Source: an uncultured Gemmatimonadaceae bacterium
Lineage (GTDB): Bacteria > Gemmatimonadota > Gemmatimonadetes > Gemmatimonadales > Gemmatimonadaceae
Length of the DNA: 64,000 bases
Assembly: GCA_963843845.1 (NCBI GenBank)
Contig: CAWJMB010000002.1
Coordinates: forward strand, 1 to 64,000
Direction: 5' to 3'
Of this stretch, positions 11,254-20,485 are shown in pieces. Below the pieces are notes generated by a model. The model was not told the origin of the DNA and searched no databases. It worked only from the letters and a program-made list of their open reading frames with translations. Each line of letters begins with the position of its first letter. The first letter of the stretch is position 1. Both the position numbers and the translations under genes were made by a program.

Positions 11254-11325
11254 GGCGGGCAATCTTCACCGCGCGCCCCGCACGCGGATGCCCCGCACGC
11301 TCGCGCTGACGAGTCTCGCACAAAC

Positions 11326-11362
11326 GGAACGGGGGCGGCCCGCGTGAGGCCGCCCCCGTTCC
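11326..11362 (-). terminator. Stem-loop after sigma gene, probable intrinsic terminator
   Basis: 15-bp perfect stem ggaacgggggcggcc / ggccgcccccgttcc with 7-nt loop, 14 nt after the sigma stop; only a short U tract. Confidence 0.6.
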
Positions 11363-11376
11363 CCGGTCGTGTACGC

Positions 11377-12024
11377 TCAGCGCAGCCGAGGCTCGATGAT
11401 CTCGGCGAACGAGGTGCGGGCGCGGTTCAGGCGAGACTTCACCGTGCCGAGGTTGCAGTCGGTGATCTCGGCGATCTCCTCGTACGACTTTCCTTCGAGC
11501 TCACGCAGCACGAACACCTCGCGGTGGTGCTCCGGGAGCTGGGCGACGGTCTGCTCGACGAGCTCGCGCAGGTGGCGCTTGCGGTAGAGGTCGTCCGGGC
11601 GCGACGTCGCGTCCTCGAACTGGAGCGGACGGTCGTCCTCCTGCCAGTTCTTCTTGATCGTCTGGAACAGCACGAGCGGATTGCGCGAGCGATTGCGCAG
11701 CTCGTTCTTCGCCAGGTTCGAGGCGATCGTGTAGATCCAGGTCGAGAACTTCTTCGACCGGTCGAAGCGCCCGATGTGGCGGTAGACGCGGATGAACACT
11801 TCCTGCACGAGGTCTTCGGCCTTCTCGCGGTCGCCGATCGTGCGGTAGATGAAGTTCAGCAGGCGCGTCTGATACCGGCTCACGAGCTCCTGAAACGCAC
11901 GCTCCTCACCGTCCAGGAACGACGCCACGACGTCCCCGTCCTCGAGCGTGCGGAGCTGCTCGCGCACCGCGGCCCCACGCAGCCCGGGTGTCGAGACTTT
12001 CTGCTTCAACGCGACGTCAGCCAT
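11377..12024 (-). CDS. ECF RNA polymerase sigma-70 factor (RpoE/SigW-like)
   Basis: AEDLVQEVF, FSTWIYTIASN and SYEEIAEI...GTVKSRLNRAR motifs. Confidence 0.95.
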   Translation of the reverse strand: MADVALKQKVSTPGLRGAAVREQLRTLEDGDVVASFLDGEERAFQELVSRYQTRLLNFIYRTIGDREKAEDLVQEVFIRVYRHIGRFDRSKKFSTWIYTIASNLAKNELRNRSRNPLVLFQTIKKNWQEDDRPLQFEDATSRPDDLYRKRHLRELVEQTVAQLPEHHREVFVLRELEGKSYEEIAEITDCNLGTVKSRLNRARTSFAEIIEPRLR

Positions 12025-12275
12025 TGCCTCTCCTCTCCAGTCCAGCGTCCAGTCGTCCGCAATCTCCGGTCCTCATCCAAGGCACGGGGCGTGCCGACTG
12101 CGCCTGTTTTCTCGATGTCTCGCAAGTCGTTATGAATCAACGATTTGTAGCGCTCGAGCCACTCCTGCAATCTAACGATTGTGGGCCTGCTGTCCACCGA
12201 AAGCGACAACCGACAGGACAGTTCGAGCGTTCGTCGTCGTTGCACTGCGACCTACGTCACACGAGCGCCGGAGAG

Positions 12276-12830
12276 TCAGCGCCCCGCCCGGAACCCCGCC
12301 GCGAACAGCAGCGCCGAGATGGTCTTGCCGTCGCGGATGTCGCCCCGTTCGATCCGGCGGAGCGCCTCGGACAGCGTGACCTGCTCGACCTCCATGAACT
12401 CGTCGGCCTCGCGACGCGCCTCTCCCATGGTCAATCCGACGGCCATGAAGAGATGGATCTGTTCGTCGCAGAAGCCGGGCGTCGGCCAGATCGTCGTCAG
12501 ATGTTCGACACGCGCAGCGGTGCAACCGGTTTCCTCCGCCAGCTCGCGGTGCGCGCAGGCGGCCGGATCCTCGCCCGCGTCGAGGCGGCCGGCGGGGATC
12601 TCGTAGAGGTAGCCGCCGGTGGCGTAGCGATACTGGCGAATGAGCAGGATCTGCGGGTCGTTCCCCGCAGGGTCGCTCAGAAAGGGCACGACGGCGCTCG
12701 CCCCGGGGTGGCGGAACATCTCGAGCTCGCCGGTCGAGCCGTCGGGAAAGCGAACGGTGTCGACGTCGAGGGAGACGATGCGGCCGGTGTAGACGCGGCG
12801 GGTGGCGATCTGGCCGGGTTCGGTGTTCAC
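12276..12830 (-). CDS. NUDIX hydrolase (ADP-ribose pyrophosphatase-like)
   Basis: Nudix box GRLDAGEDPAACAHRELAEETG; HPGAS, QYRY and IRDGKT motifs. Confidence 0.9.
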   Translation of the reverse strand: MNTEPGQIATRRVYTGRIVSLDVDTVRFPDGSTGELEMFRHPGASAVVPFLSDPAGNDPQILLIRQYRYATGGYLYEIPAGRLDAGEDPAACAHRELAEETGCTAARVEHLTTIWPTPGFCDEQIHLFMAVGLTMGEARREADEFMEVEQVTLSEALRRIERGDIRDGKTISALLFAAGFRAGR

Positions 12831-12861
12831 ATTCCATCCTCGTAGGAAATTGCGGCTGATT

Positions 12862-12903
12862 TAGCGATGATGTAAGATCTATAAGAATCATACATGATCG
12901 CTA
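12862..12903. promoter_or_regulatory. AT-rich divergent promoter region with palindromic operator
   Basis: tagcgatgatgta (12862-12874) and tacatgatcgcta (12891-12903) are inverted repeats with 1 mismatch, just upstream of the HTH-MNT gene. Confidence 0.6.
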
Positions 12904-12919
12904 TCGACTATACACAGTC

Positions 12920-13561
12920 GTGAAACCACCGACTCAAAGTGCGCTTGCGTTCCCGTTCAACACGCTACTCGGGACCCAGGCCGCTGTCCGCATCCTCCGC
13001 GCCCTCTCTCGTCATGGTGGACCGCTCTCCGCACCGATGATCGCGCGGCAGGGCGGGCTGTCGGAGGCGGTCGCTCGCGTGGCGCTCAGTGATCTCGTCG
13101 AAACCGGGGTCGTCGCGAGAATCGGCCACGGACGATCGGTCAACTACCAGATCGACGCGACCCACCCGCTGACGCCGGCCGTCGAACAGCTCTTCGTGGC
13201 CGAGTCGGCGCGACGTACTCGCATCTTCGACGCGCTTCGCGACGCCGCGCTCACCCTGCACCCCGCGCCGCTCGGCGTCTGGGTGTATGGGAGCGTCGCG
13301 CGCGGAACGGACACGCCGACGAGCGATCTCGACGTCGCCGTGTGCGGAGTCGATCCTGCCGCTCTGGAATCGCAAACGACGGCGCTCCGGGAGCGGGGGC
13401 AGACCATCGGTGACACGGAGCGCGTGCAGATCTCCGTCATCTCGTTCACGCTCGACGACGCGCGACGCCTCGCGCGTGAGAACGCCTCCATCTGGCGCGG
13501 CATCGTCGACGACGGGTTCACGCTCGTCGGTCGCAGTCCCGCGTTGGTCGTCGACTCGTGA
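12920..13561 (+). CDS. Winged-HTH + minimal nucleotidyltransferase (MNT) protein
   Basis: N-terminal wHTH pattern (ILRAL...IARQGGLSEAVARVALSDLVETGVV); GSVARG...SDLD Pol-beta NTase motif. Confidence 0.85.
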   Translation: MKPPTQSALAFPFNTLLGTQAAVRILRALSRHGGPLSAPMIARQGGLSEAVARVALSDLVETGVVARIGHGRSVNYQIDATHPLTPAVEQLFVAESARRTRIFDALRDAALTLHPAPLGVWVYGSVARGTDTPTSDLDVAVCGVDPAALESQTTALRERGQTIGDTERVQISVISFTLDDARRLARENASIWRGIVDDGFTLVGRSPALVVDS

Positions 13562-13983
13562 TGGTGAAGCGCGGGTCGTATCAGCGTGTGATCGACCGTG
13601 ATCAGTGGAAAGGCCGGCGGGATTTCGGTCGCGCAGGGCTCGCCAAGGTCGAGAACGACCTGATCATCAACGAGGTGGTCGGCTCGTGGGGATACGTCGT
13701 GAACGCCGCCGTGCTGGCGGCGATCGCGTATGGCGACGCGCTGACGATCAAGGCCGCGGGCATTCGGAACACGCAGGATCACAGCGCCCTGCCGGACACA
13801 CTCCGTGCGGCACTCGGCAACCGGCTGCCGCGCCAGCAGCTCAAACAGCTCGTCGATCTGCTCGTACAGAAAGACGAGTCGGGGTACGGGCACAAGAGTC
13901 TCACGCGCGACGCCGCCGAAAGGGCCGTCACGAAGCTGCGCGCGTTTGCAGCGTGGGCAGAGACCGAGCTCGCGCTCTCCTAA
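13558..13983 (+). CDS. HEPN-like protein, putative partner of the MNT
   Basis: About 140 aa, helical, overlapping the MNT stop; AAIAYGDAL...QDH and KDESGYG at the position of the HEPN Rx4H/Y motif. Confidence 0.6.
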   Translation: MMVKRGSYQRVIDRDQWKGRRDFGRAGLAKVENDLIINEVVGSWGYVVNAAVLAAIAYGDALTIKAAGIRNTQDHSALPDTLRAALGNRLPRQQLKQLVDLLVQKDESGYGHKSLTRDAAERAVTKLRAFAAWAETELALS

Positions 13984-14480
13984 CGTGCCCGCGTCGAACG
14001 ACCGCGCTTCTTCTTCGCCGGCATGAGGATCGACCCGCGGCACGTCGGCGACCCGCACAGGCACTTGTAGAACGCCTCGTCGTCCGCGGTGTGGGCGGCC
14101 TGGCGCTCGTACTGGTAGTCGTAGTTCAGCTCGGTGCCCGGCTGGATGTTCCGCCTCGCGTAGATGTTGATGTGCCCGTCCTCGATCACCGCCTCGCAGT
14201 TCGGGTCGCACGAGTGGTTGATGTAGCGCGCGTCGTTCCCCTTGCGGTTGCCGTCGACCACGGTGTCGTCGTCGAGCGTGAACAGGAACGTGTGATGGCG
14301 CCCCATCCCCGTCTCCTCGTAGCGCCGGTCGCCCTCGGCCGGGGTGATCCGCTCGCCGAGGTACTCGATGATGAGCTGGCCGGGGCGGATGCGGCGCGTG
14401 GCGAACGCTCCGCGCCCCTGGATCTTCGACTTGCGGATCTCGAACGGCTGGTCGGCGCGCGACGAACGGGCAGGAGGCAC
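13980..14480 (-). CDS. SET-domain lysine methyltransferase with post-SET Cys cluster
   Basis: GRGAFA, RYINHSCDPN, ELNYDY and CLCGSPTCRG motifs. Confidence 0.95.
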   Translation of the reverse strand: MPPARSSRADQPFEIRKSKIQGRGAFATRRIRPGQLIIEYLGERITPAEGDRRYEETGMGRHHTFLFTLDDDTVVDGNRKGNDARYINHSCDPNCEAVIEDGHINIYARRNIQPGTELNYDYQYERQAAHTADDEAFYKCLCGSPTCRGSILMPAKKKRGRSTRAR

Positions 14481-14538
14481 GAGGGGTCGGTGAAGTGTGG
14501 GCCGTGAAGCGGTCGTCGGGCGATCGTCGGGCGCGCGC

Positions 14539-15955
14539 TCAGGTGACCGCGGCGCCGTCGGCGTCGTACACGGTCACCGGGCCCGCGTCGAGCGCCTCGA
14601 GCTGCGCGCGCACCGCCGCCGGGTCGCCGACGACGACGACTTGCAGCTCGTCGGGCTTCAGGTACGTCTGCGCCGCCGCCTGCACCTGCTCGGCCGTCAC
14701 GGCACGAATCGCGGTCGCGGTACGTGTCGAAGTAGTCCGCGGGCAGACCGTAGATCGTCGCGCTTGGCGAGCGCCGCTCGCGATCGCCGCGGTGGTCTCG
14801 TAGCGGATCGGGAAGACGCCGTCGAGGTAGCTCGTCGCGAGCGACAGCTCGCTCGCCAGCACCGGCTCGGCGCGCATGCGGTCGATCTCGCGCAGGATCT
14901 CGCGCAGCGCCGCCGCGGTGACCTCGCTCTGCACCGCGCTCGACACGTCGAACGGCCCCGCCCCCACCCGCCAGTCGAACGCCGAGCCGGCGCCGTAGGT
15001 GTAGGCTTGCTCCTCGCGGAGGTTCATGTTGACGCGCGAGTTGAACAGCCCGCCGAGGATCGCGTTCATGACGACGAGCGGGAAGTAGTCGGGCGTCGTG
15101 CGCGGCACGCCGACGTGGCCGACGCGGAGCTCGCTCTGCGGCGCGTCCGCCTTGCCGACGAGGTGCACGCGGCGGACGCGCGCCGCCGGGCGGTCGTTCA
15201 CCGCGGGCACGTCGGGCGCGGCGCCGTGCCAGCGTGCCCAACGCGTTCAGCGCGAGGCGCTCGGCGTCGTCGACCGTGACGTCGCCGGCGACGACGAGCG
15301 TCGTGGCGCCGGGAACGTAGCGCGCGGCGTGGAACGCGACGACGTCGTCGCGGCCGAACGCGGCGACGGTCGCCTCGGTGCCGCCTTCCTCGCGGCCGTA
15401 GCGCGAGCCCGGGGCGTAGACGAAGCGGCTGAACATCTCGTCGGCGAGGCCGCGCGGCTCGGTGCGCTGCTGCAGGATCTCGGCGACGCGCTCGGCCTTC
15501 AGCCGCTCGACCTCGCGCTCGGGGAACGCCGGGCGCGCGAGCACGTCGGCGAACAGCGCGAAGGCGTCGTCCAGCTTCGGCGTGAGCACGGTCATCGAGA
15601 CGACGGCCGCGTCCCAGTCGGCGCCGGCGTCGACGGCGGTGCCCAGCGCTTCGACGGTGCGGGTGAACGCGACGGCGTCGAGCGACTGCGTTCCCTCGGT
15701 GAGGGCGCGGGCGACCAGCACCGCGAGGCCGTCCTGTCCCTCGGGATCCGCGGTCGCGCCGGCGCGCACGACGGCGGCGACGGTGACGACGGGGAGCTTG
15801 TGGACGGGGGCGACGACGAGCGTCAGCCCGTTCGGCAGGACGCGACGCGCGAAGGCGGGGAATTTGTACGGTCGCGGGGGCGCCGGATCGGGCCGGACCG
15901 CCGGGGAACGGGGATCGGGGCTCGGGGATCCGGGAGGCGTCGTCGAGCTCGTCAT
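14539..15955 (-). CDS. M16 peptidase family non-catalytic subunit (frameshifted)
   Basis: LPNGLTLVV, MNAILGG.FNSR.NMNLREE and YTYG motifs; no HXXEH; frame changes near 15235 and 14710-14780. Confidence 0.85.
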
Positions 15956-17281
15956 GCCGACACCCCGGCCAGTGCGGCGGTCCTCATCTCCGATCCCGGA
16001 TCTCCGATCCCCGGCTCGTCTTTCGGCACGTACACCAGGTAGGCCCGATTGTCCGCCCCCATGAACTCGCGCGCCCACGCGTTCACCTGCTCGACCGTCA
16101 CGGCCTGATAGCGGTCGACCTGCTCGTTCACGAGCGACGGGTCGTCGAGGTAGGTGGCGAAGCGGGAGAGCTGGTCGGCGCGCTCGCCGGCGGACTGCAT
16201 CGCGAGCACGAACGCCGCGTCGATGAGCGCGCGGCGCGCGGTCGATCTCGCTCTGCGTCACGCCGTCGGCCTGCAGAAGATCGACTTCGGCAGCGAGGGC
16301 GTCGGCGAGCGTGTCGGCGCTGACGCCGGGGCGGGCGACGGCGTCGAGGATGAGCAGGTCGGCGCCGCGCGACAGGTCGAACGTCGAGGCGCTCGTGTCG
16401 CTCGCGAGCTGCCGGTCGCGGACGAGGCGCTCGTGCAGACGGCTCGCGTTGCGGAGGCCCAGCACGGCGCCGGCGAGTCCGGCGACGTAGTAGCCGGGGG
16501 TGCCGAACACCGGCGCGCGGAACGCCAGAAAGACACGCGGCAGCACGACGTCGTCGGGCACGACCTGGCGAAGCGTCTGGCCGAACGTCGGCGGGAGGTC
16601 GAACGACGGCAGCGCGGGCTTGGCGCCGCCCGGCGGGATCGGGCCGAAGTAGCGCTCGACGAGCGCCTTCGCCTCGGCGGGATCGAAGTCGCCGGCGATC
16701 GTCAGCACGGCGTTGTCGGGCGTGTACCAGGTCGCGAAGAACTCGCTGACGTCCTCGAGCGACGCGGCGTCGAGGTCCTCGAACGAGCCGATGAGCGAGT
16801 GGTGGAACGGGTGCTCCGGCGGATACGTCAGCGCGGGGAGGCGCTCCCACCAGGTGCCGTACGGCTGGTTGTCGACCGACCAGCGGCGCTCGTTCTTCAC
16901 GACGTCGCGCTGGGTGTCGAGCTTCTCCTGCGTCATCGCCGGGAGCAGCCCGCCCATGCGGTCGGCCTCGAGCCAGAGCGCGATCGCGAGCTGGTTCGAC
17001 GGCACGGTCTCGAAGTAGTTCGTGCGGTCGAGCCAGGTCGACCCGTTCAGCGTCCCGCCGGCACGCTGCACGAGCTCGAAGTGCTCGTTCGCCGCGACGT
17101 TCGCCGATCCCTGGAAGAGCATGTGCTCGAACAGGTGCGCGAAGCCGGTGCGTCCGGCGCGCTCGTTCGCCGAGCCGACGTGATACCAGAGGTTGACCGC
17201 GACGAGCGGCGCGGTGTGGTCTTCCGACAGGGTGACGCGGAGGCCATTCGGAAGACGATAGGTCTCGAGAGGGATGCGCAT
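15952..17281 (-). CDS. M16 peptidase (insulinase family) catalytic subunit (frameshift near 16240)
   Basis: WYHVGS, GFAHLFEHM (HXXEH), NGST..DRTNY and VVKNERR motifs. Confidence 0.92.
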
Positions 17282-17411
17282 CCCGGAAGCATACCAGCCG
17301 CGCCAGACTCGGCGAAGCCGATGCGGCGAGGGTGCGTGAAATCACGGCGCGGGGGCGGCGGTGGCGCAGGGTTTGACCTGTGAACCACCATCTTCTCCGG
17401 AGCCAACGCCG

Positions 17412-17753
17412 ATGCACTCCCTGACCGACCCGACCGAGTTCGACGCGCTCGCCGAGCAGGGAGCGGTGCTCGTATTCAAGCACAGCACACGATGCCCGAT
17501 CAGCTCGATGGCGTACGACGAGGTCGAGCGGCTGGAGGCGGCACATCCGGAGGTGCCGGTGTTTCTGGTGGACGTGATCGGCGACCGCGCGATGTCGCGA
17601 CACGTCGCGCAGCGGACAGGGGTCGCGCACCACTCGCCGCAGCTCATGCTGCTCGTGCGCGGCGGGGTGGCGTGGGACGTGTCGCACTTCGAGATCCGGG
17701 CGGGGCGGCTCGGGGAGCGGTTGGGGGCGGTCGTCGCGGGGGGCGAGGAATGA
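17412..17753 (+). CDS. ytxJ: Monothiol bacilliredoxin BrxC/YtxJ family protein
   Basis: FKHSTRCPIS and GVAHHSPQ motifs typical of the YtxJ/DUF2847 thioredoxin-like family. Confidence 0.8.
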   Translation: MHSLTDPTEFDALAEQGAVLVFKHSTRCPISSMAYDEVERLEAAHPEVPVFLVDVIGDRAMSRHVAQRTGVAHHSPQLMLLVRGGVAWDVSHFEIRAGRLGERLGAVVAGGEE

Positions 17754-17757
17754 GCGG

Positions 17758-17983
17758 CCGCTGGTCGAACCGCTGGTCGAACCGCCGTTCTAACCGCCGT
17801 TCCAAACGCGTGGATACTGCGGTCGGACGGCGGTGATGCGGTTTGACTCACGGCGGACGAGACGCAGCGGTGACTACCGATTGTCGTCGGCACGTTCCGC
17901 CGTATCTCGTCCGCCGTGAGTCAAACCGCATCACCGCCCTTCGTCCGCCGTGAGTCAAACCGCATCACCGCCCTTCGTCCGCC
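17758..17983. repeat. REP/REPIN-like element, family 1, copy B
   Basis: 34-nt perfect inverted repeat 17829-17862 / 17905-17938; right arm tandemly duplicated (34-bp unit, 17907-17940 and 17941-17974); 12-bp tandem array 17758-17805. Confidence 0.9.
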
Positions 17984-18026
17984 TTCAATGCGGTACACAG
18001 CGGCGCCCTGCGGCGCACCGACGGCG

Positions 18027-18443
18027 TCATCGCCCCCCTGCCGTCTGCCCCGCCCCAGCCCGCCGGGCGATGTCCCGCAGCGCTGTCAGGAGCTGTCCGG
18101 TGCGGCGCGCGGCGCGCTGAACCGGGGCGGCGTCCGCCGGCGCCAGGAATCCTCGCGCGACCGCGTGGGCCAGGTGCGCCTGCATCTCGACGAGTGAGCC
18201 GAGGGCGATGTCGTAGTACCGCGCCTGGTCGAGGCGGCTGCGTTTCGTGTGCCCTTCCGCGATGTTCGCGTAGAGCGAGATCGCGGCGCGGCGGATCTGA
18301 TCGCCGAGGATCGCCCGTTCGCCGCCGGTGAAGTCGGCGACGGCAGCGCACGCGGCGATGGCGCAGGCGTGCGCTTCCTGAAACGCGCGCAGGGTCCGCA
18401 GACCGGGCGGCAGTGTATCGAGCACGGAGGCAGAATCGGGCAT
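18027..18443 (-). CDS. Four-helix-bundle protein (23S rRNA IVS protein / bAvd-like family)
   Basis: L.AFQEA...GDQIRRAAISLYANIAEG...RYYDIALGSLVEMQAHL...A..RGFL family signature; 138 aa. Confidence 0.9.
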   Translation of the reverse strand: MPDSASVLDTLPPGLRTLRAFQEAHACAIAACAAVADFTGGERAILGDQIRRAAISLYANIAEGHTKRSRLDQARYYDIALGSLVEMQAHLAHAVARGFLAPADAAPVQRAARRTGQLLTALRDIARRAGAGQTAGGR

Positions 18444-18509
18444 GCGCGACGATACCGCGGGTGGCGGCAGCTCGCCGAACCGTTCTGACGCGTGCCCGAC
18501 GATTTCGAC

Positions 18510-18830
18510 GCAACGGCGGTCCGGACGGCGGGTGAGAACCGCGGACGGCGGCCGAAGGGCGGTCGAACCGCGGTGATGCGGAGTCGGCGCGGCGGACGAG
18601 GACCCGCGGCCACGACGCACTCGTCGCCGACGCCCTGCCCGTCCCGCCGCTCCTCGTCCGTCCTCGTCCGCCGTGCGTCCAACCGCATCACCGTGGTTCG
18701 TCTGCCGTGTCACCGCGGTGGACCGGCGGACGAACTGCGGTGATACGGTGTGACGCACGGCGGACGAGGAACGGCGGTTGGAAGGGGGTGAGACGGACCG
18801 GTGAACGCAGGCGAGGTACCGCGGTGCCCG
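18510..18830. repeat. REP/REPIN-like elements, family 1, copies C1-C3
   Basis: Core copies at 18564-18602 (+), 18661-18700 (-) and 18731-18778 (+). Confidence 0.85.
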
Positions 18831-19025
18831 TCCTCGTGTGACGCTCGTGTGACGGTCGCGCTGCATCTACGTCGCGGTCGGCCCGTCATGGGAGTCGGCC
18901 TCGCACGGACGCACGACACGCAGCACGAGCGGAGCGGTTCCGTACGACGAACAGGCACGACGGCGGCGTCGGCGAGGGGGACCTCTCCGGCGCCGACGCG
19001 TGCGTCTGCGCCCCGGCCGGCGCGC

Positions 19026-19775
19026 TCAGAACGTCGCGCGGACGCCGAACAGGAGTTGACCGTCGTGGTTGCTGCGGGCGCCGCGGCGGCGGGCCTCGCT
19101 GTCGTAGCGTTCGCGGAGCGTCGCCGTGAGCGCGACGGCTCGGCCGAGCCCGAGCGCGAGCTGGGTGTTCGAGTCGACCGTGTAGCGCGACGGGGCGTTC
19201 ACCGTCGGCTGGTAGAACGTCACGTGCGTGAGCCGAATCGCCTCGCTGAAGCGGCGGCGTACCCGGCCGCGCAGCGACCAGCGCACGCGCGACATGACCG
19301 GATCGGCGTCCGGCGCCGGGTCGAGTGCCCGCGTGCGCTCGGCGAGCAGCGCGGCGCTCACGCTGACGTCGTCGTCGCCGCGGCGGCGGAACGTGAGCTT
19401 CGCACCGGCGCCGACGTTCGAACGCACGGCGATCCGCTGTTGCAAGCTGGTCTCGACGCCGCCCAACGCGAACGGGCTGAGGCGGGCGAACGGATCGCGG
19501 TCGGCGGCGAACGCGAGGCGCGACGCGCGGGCCGTCACCGCGAGCCGTCCGTCGGCGTCGCGCGAGTCGGCGTAGGTGAACTGCACGTCGCCGCGCACCT
19601 GCACGACGCTGTCGAGACGACCGACCGACACGCCGACGCTCGCGACGCGGCCACGGGCGGCGCCGAAGAGCACGTTGCCGCTCGCGTCGGCCACGCCCGA
19701 CCAGCCGAGGGGCTGCGCGGCAGCGACGGCCGGTACGACGGCGAGGAGCGCGACGCCCACCGAACGACGCAGCAT
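19026..19775 (-). CDS. DUF481-like outer-membrane beta-barrel protein
   Basis: Signal peptide ending AAA-Q, alternating beta-strand pattern, C-terminal Phe (GVRATF). Confidence 0.7.
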   Translation of the reverse strand: MLRRSVGVALLAVVPAVAAAQPLGWSGVADASGNVLFGAARGRVASVGVSVGRLDSVVQVRGDVQFTYADSRDADGRLAVTARASRLAFAADRDPFARLSPFALGGVETSLQQRIAVRSNVGAGAKLTFRRRGDDDVSVSAALLAERTRALDPAPDADPVMSRVRWSLRGRVRRRFSEAIRLTHVTFYQPTVNAPSRYTVDSNTQLALGLGRAVALTATLRERYDSEARRRGARSNHDGQLLFGVRATF

Positions 19776-20485
19776 CAGTCGGCGGCCGACGGCTCCATGA
19801 AGTACACGAACGGCACCTTGAGCGACTCGCCGAGCAGGTAGCGCCACTCGACGCGTCGGTGGCTCGAGATGGGGCTCGACGGCGTCGGGGAGCCGTAGGG
19901 CACGATGCCGTAGCGGCGGGCGACGACGGTCAGGCGCAGCATGTGGAACGGGTCGCTGACGAGGATCGCCGTGTGCGCGGTCGAATCCTGGCGCACGATC
20001 TCGTGCACGATCGCCGCCGCCGCGCGGAGCGACTGATCGGTCGTGCGCCCTTCGCTCTCGAGCAGGATGACGCTGTCCGGCACGCCGTGCGCGACCGCAT
20101 AGCGCCGCCCGACCGCCGCCTCCGTCGTGCGGTCGCCGAGCTGCCGCCCCCCGGTCACGATGAGACGGCGGGCGCGGCCGGATCGCCACAGGGTGACCGC
20201 GTGGTCGAGTCGCGCGCGCAGCACCGGCGACGGCCGTCCGTCGTATTGCGCGGCGCCGAGGACGATGATCGCGACGGCGGGGGACAGGAGGCGCGCGGTG
20301 TCGTCGCGGCGCGCGGCGGCGACGACGGCGGCGAGCGAGGCCCCCCACGCGACGACGGCGAGGCCGACGACGGCGAGCACGGTCCGACCGACGATCCGCC
20401 ACCCGCGCGACGGCGACGGACGCGGCGGCGCGCTCGTCGTCGCGGCGCTCGCCCTCCGCGAGTCGGCCCGCGCCACGTCGCTCAC
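19775..20485 (-). CDS. YdcF/DUF218 family protein
   Basis: N-terminal TM; IIVLGAA, RLDHA, LIVTGG, TEA, ILLE and LVSDPFHMLR motifs; start overlaps the TetR stop. Confidence 0.85.
   Translation of the reverse strand: MSDVARADSRRASAATTSAPPRPSPSRGWRIVGRTVLAVVGLAVVAWGASLAAVVAAARRDDTARLLSPAVAIIVLGAAQYDGRPSPVLRARLDHAVTLWRSGRARRLIVTGGRQLGDRTTEAAVGRRYAVAHGVPDSVILLESEGRTTDQSLRAAAAIVHEIVRQDSTAHTAILVSDPFHMLRLTVVARRYGIVPYGSPTPSSPISSHRRVEWRYLLGESLKVPFVYFMEPSAAD

Noticed and set aside
17829..17983. 34-bp direct repeats as a CRISPR array
   Set aside because: Copies are adjacent with no spacers, one copy is inverted, and there are no cas genes in the window.
18027..18443. Diversity-generating retroelement or 23S rRNA intervening sequence
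   Set aside because: No reverse transcriptase, no TR/VR pair differing at adenines and no rRNA sequence nearby.
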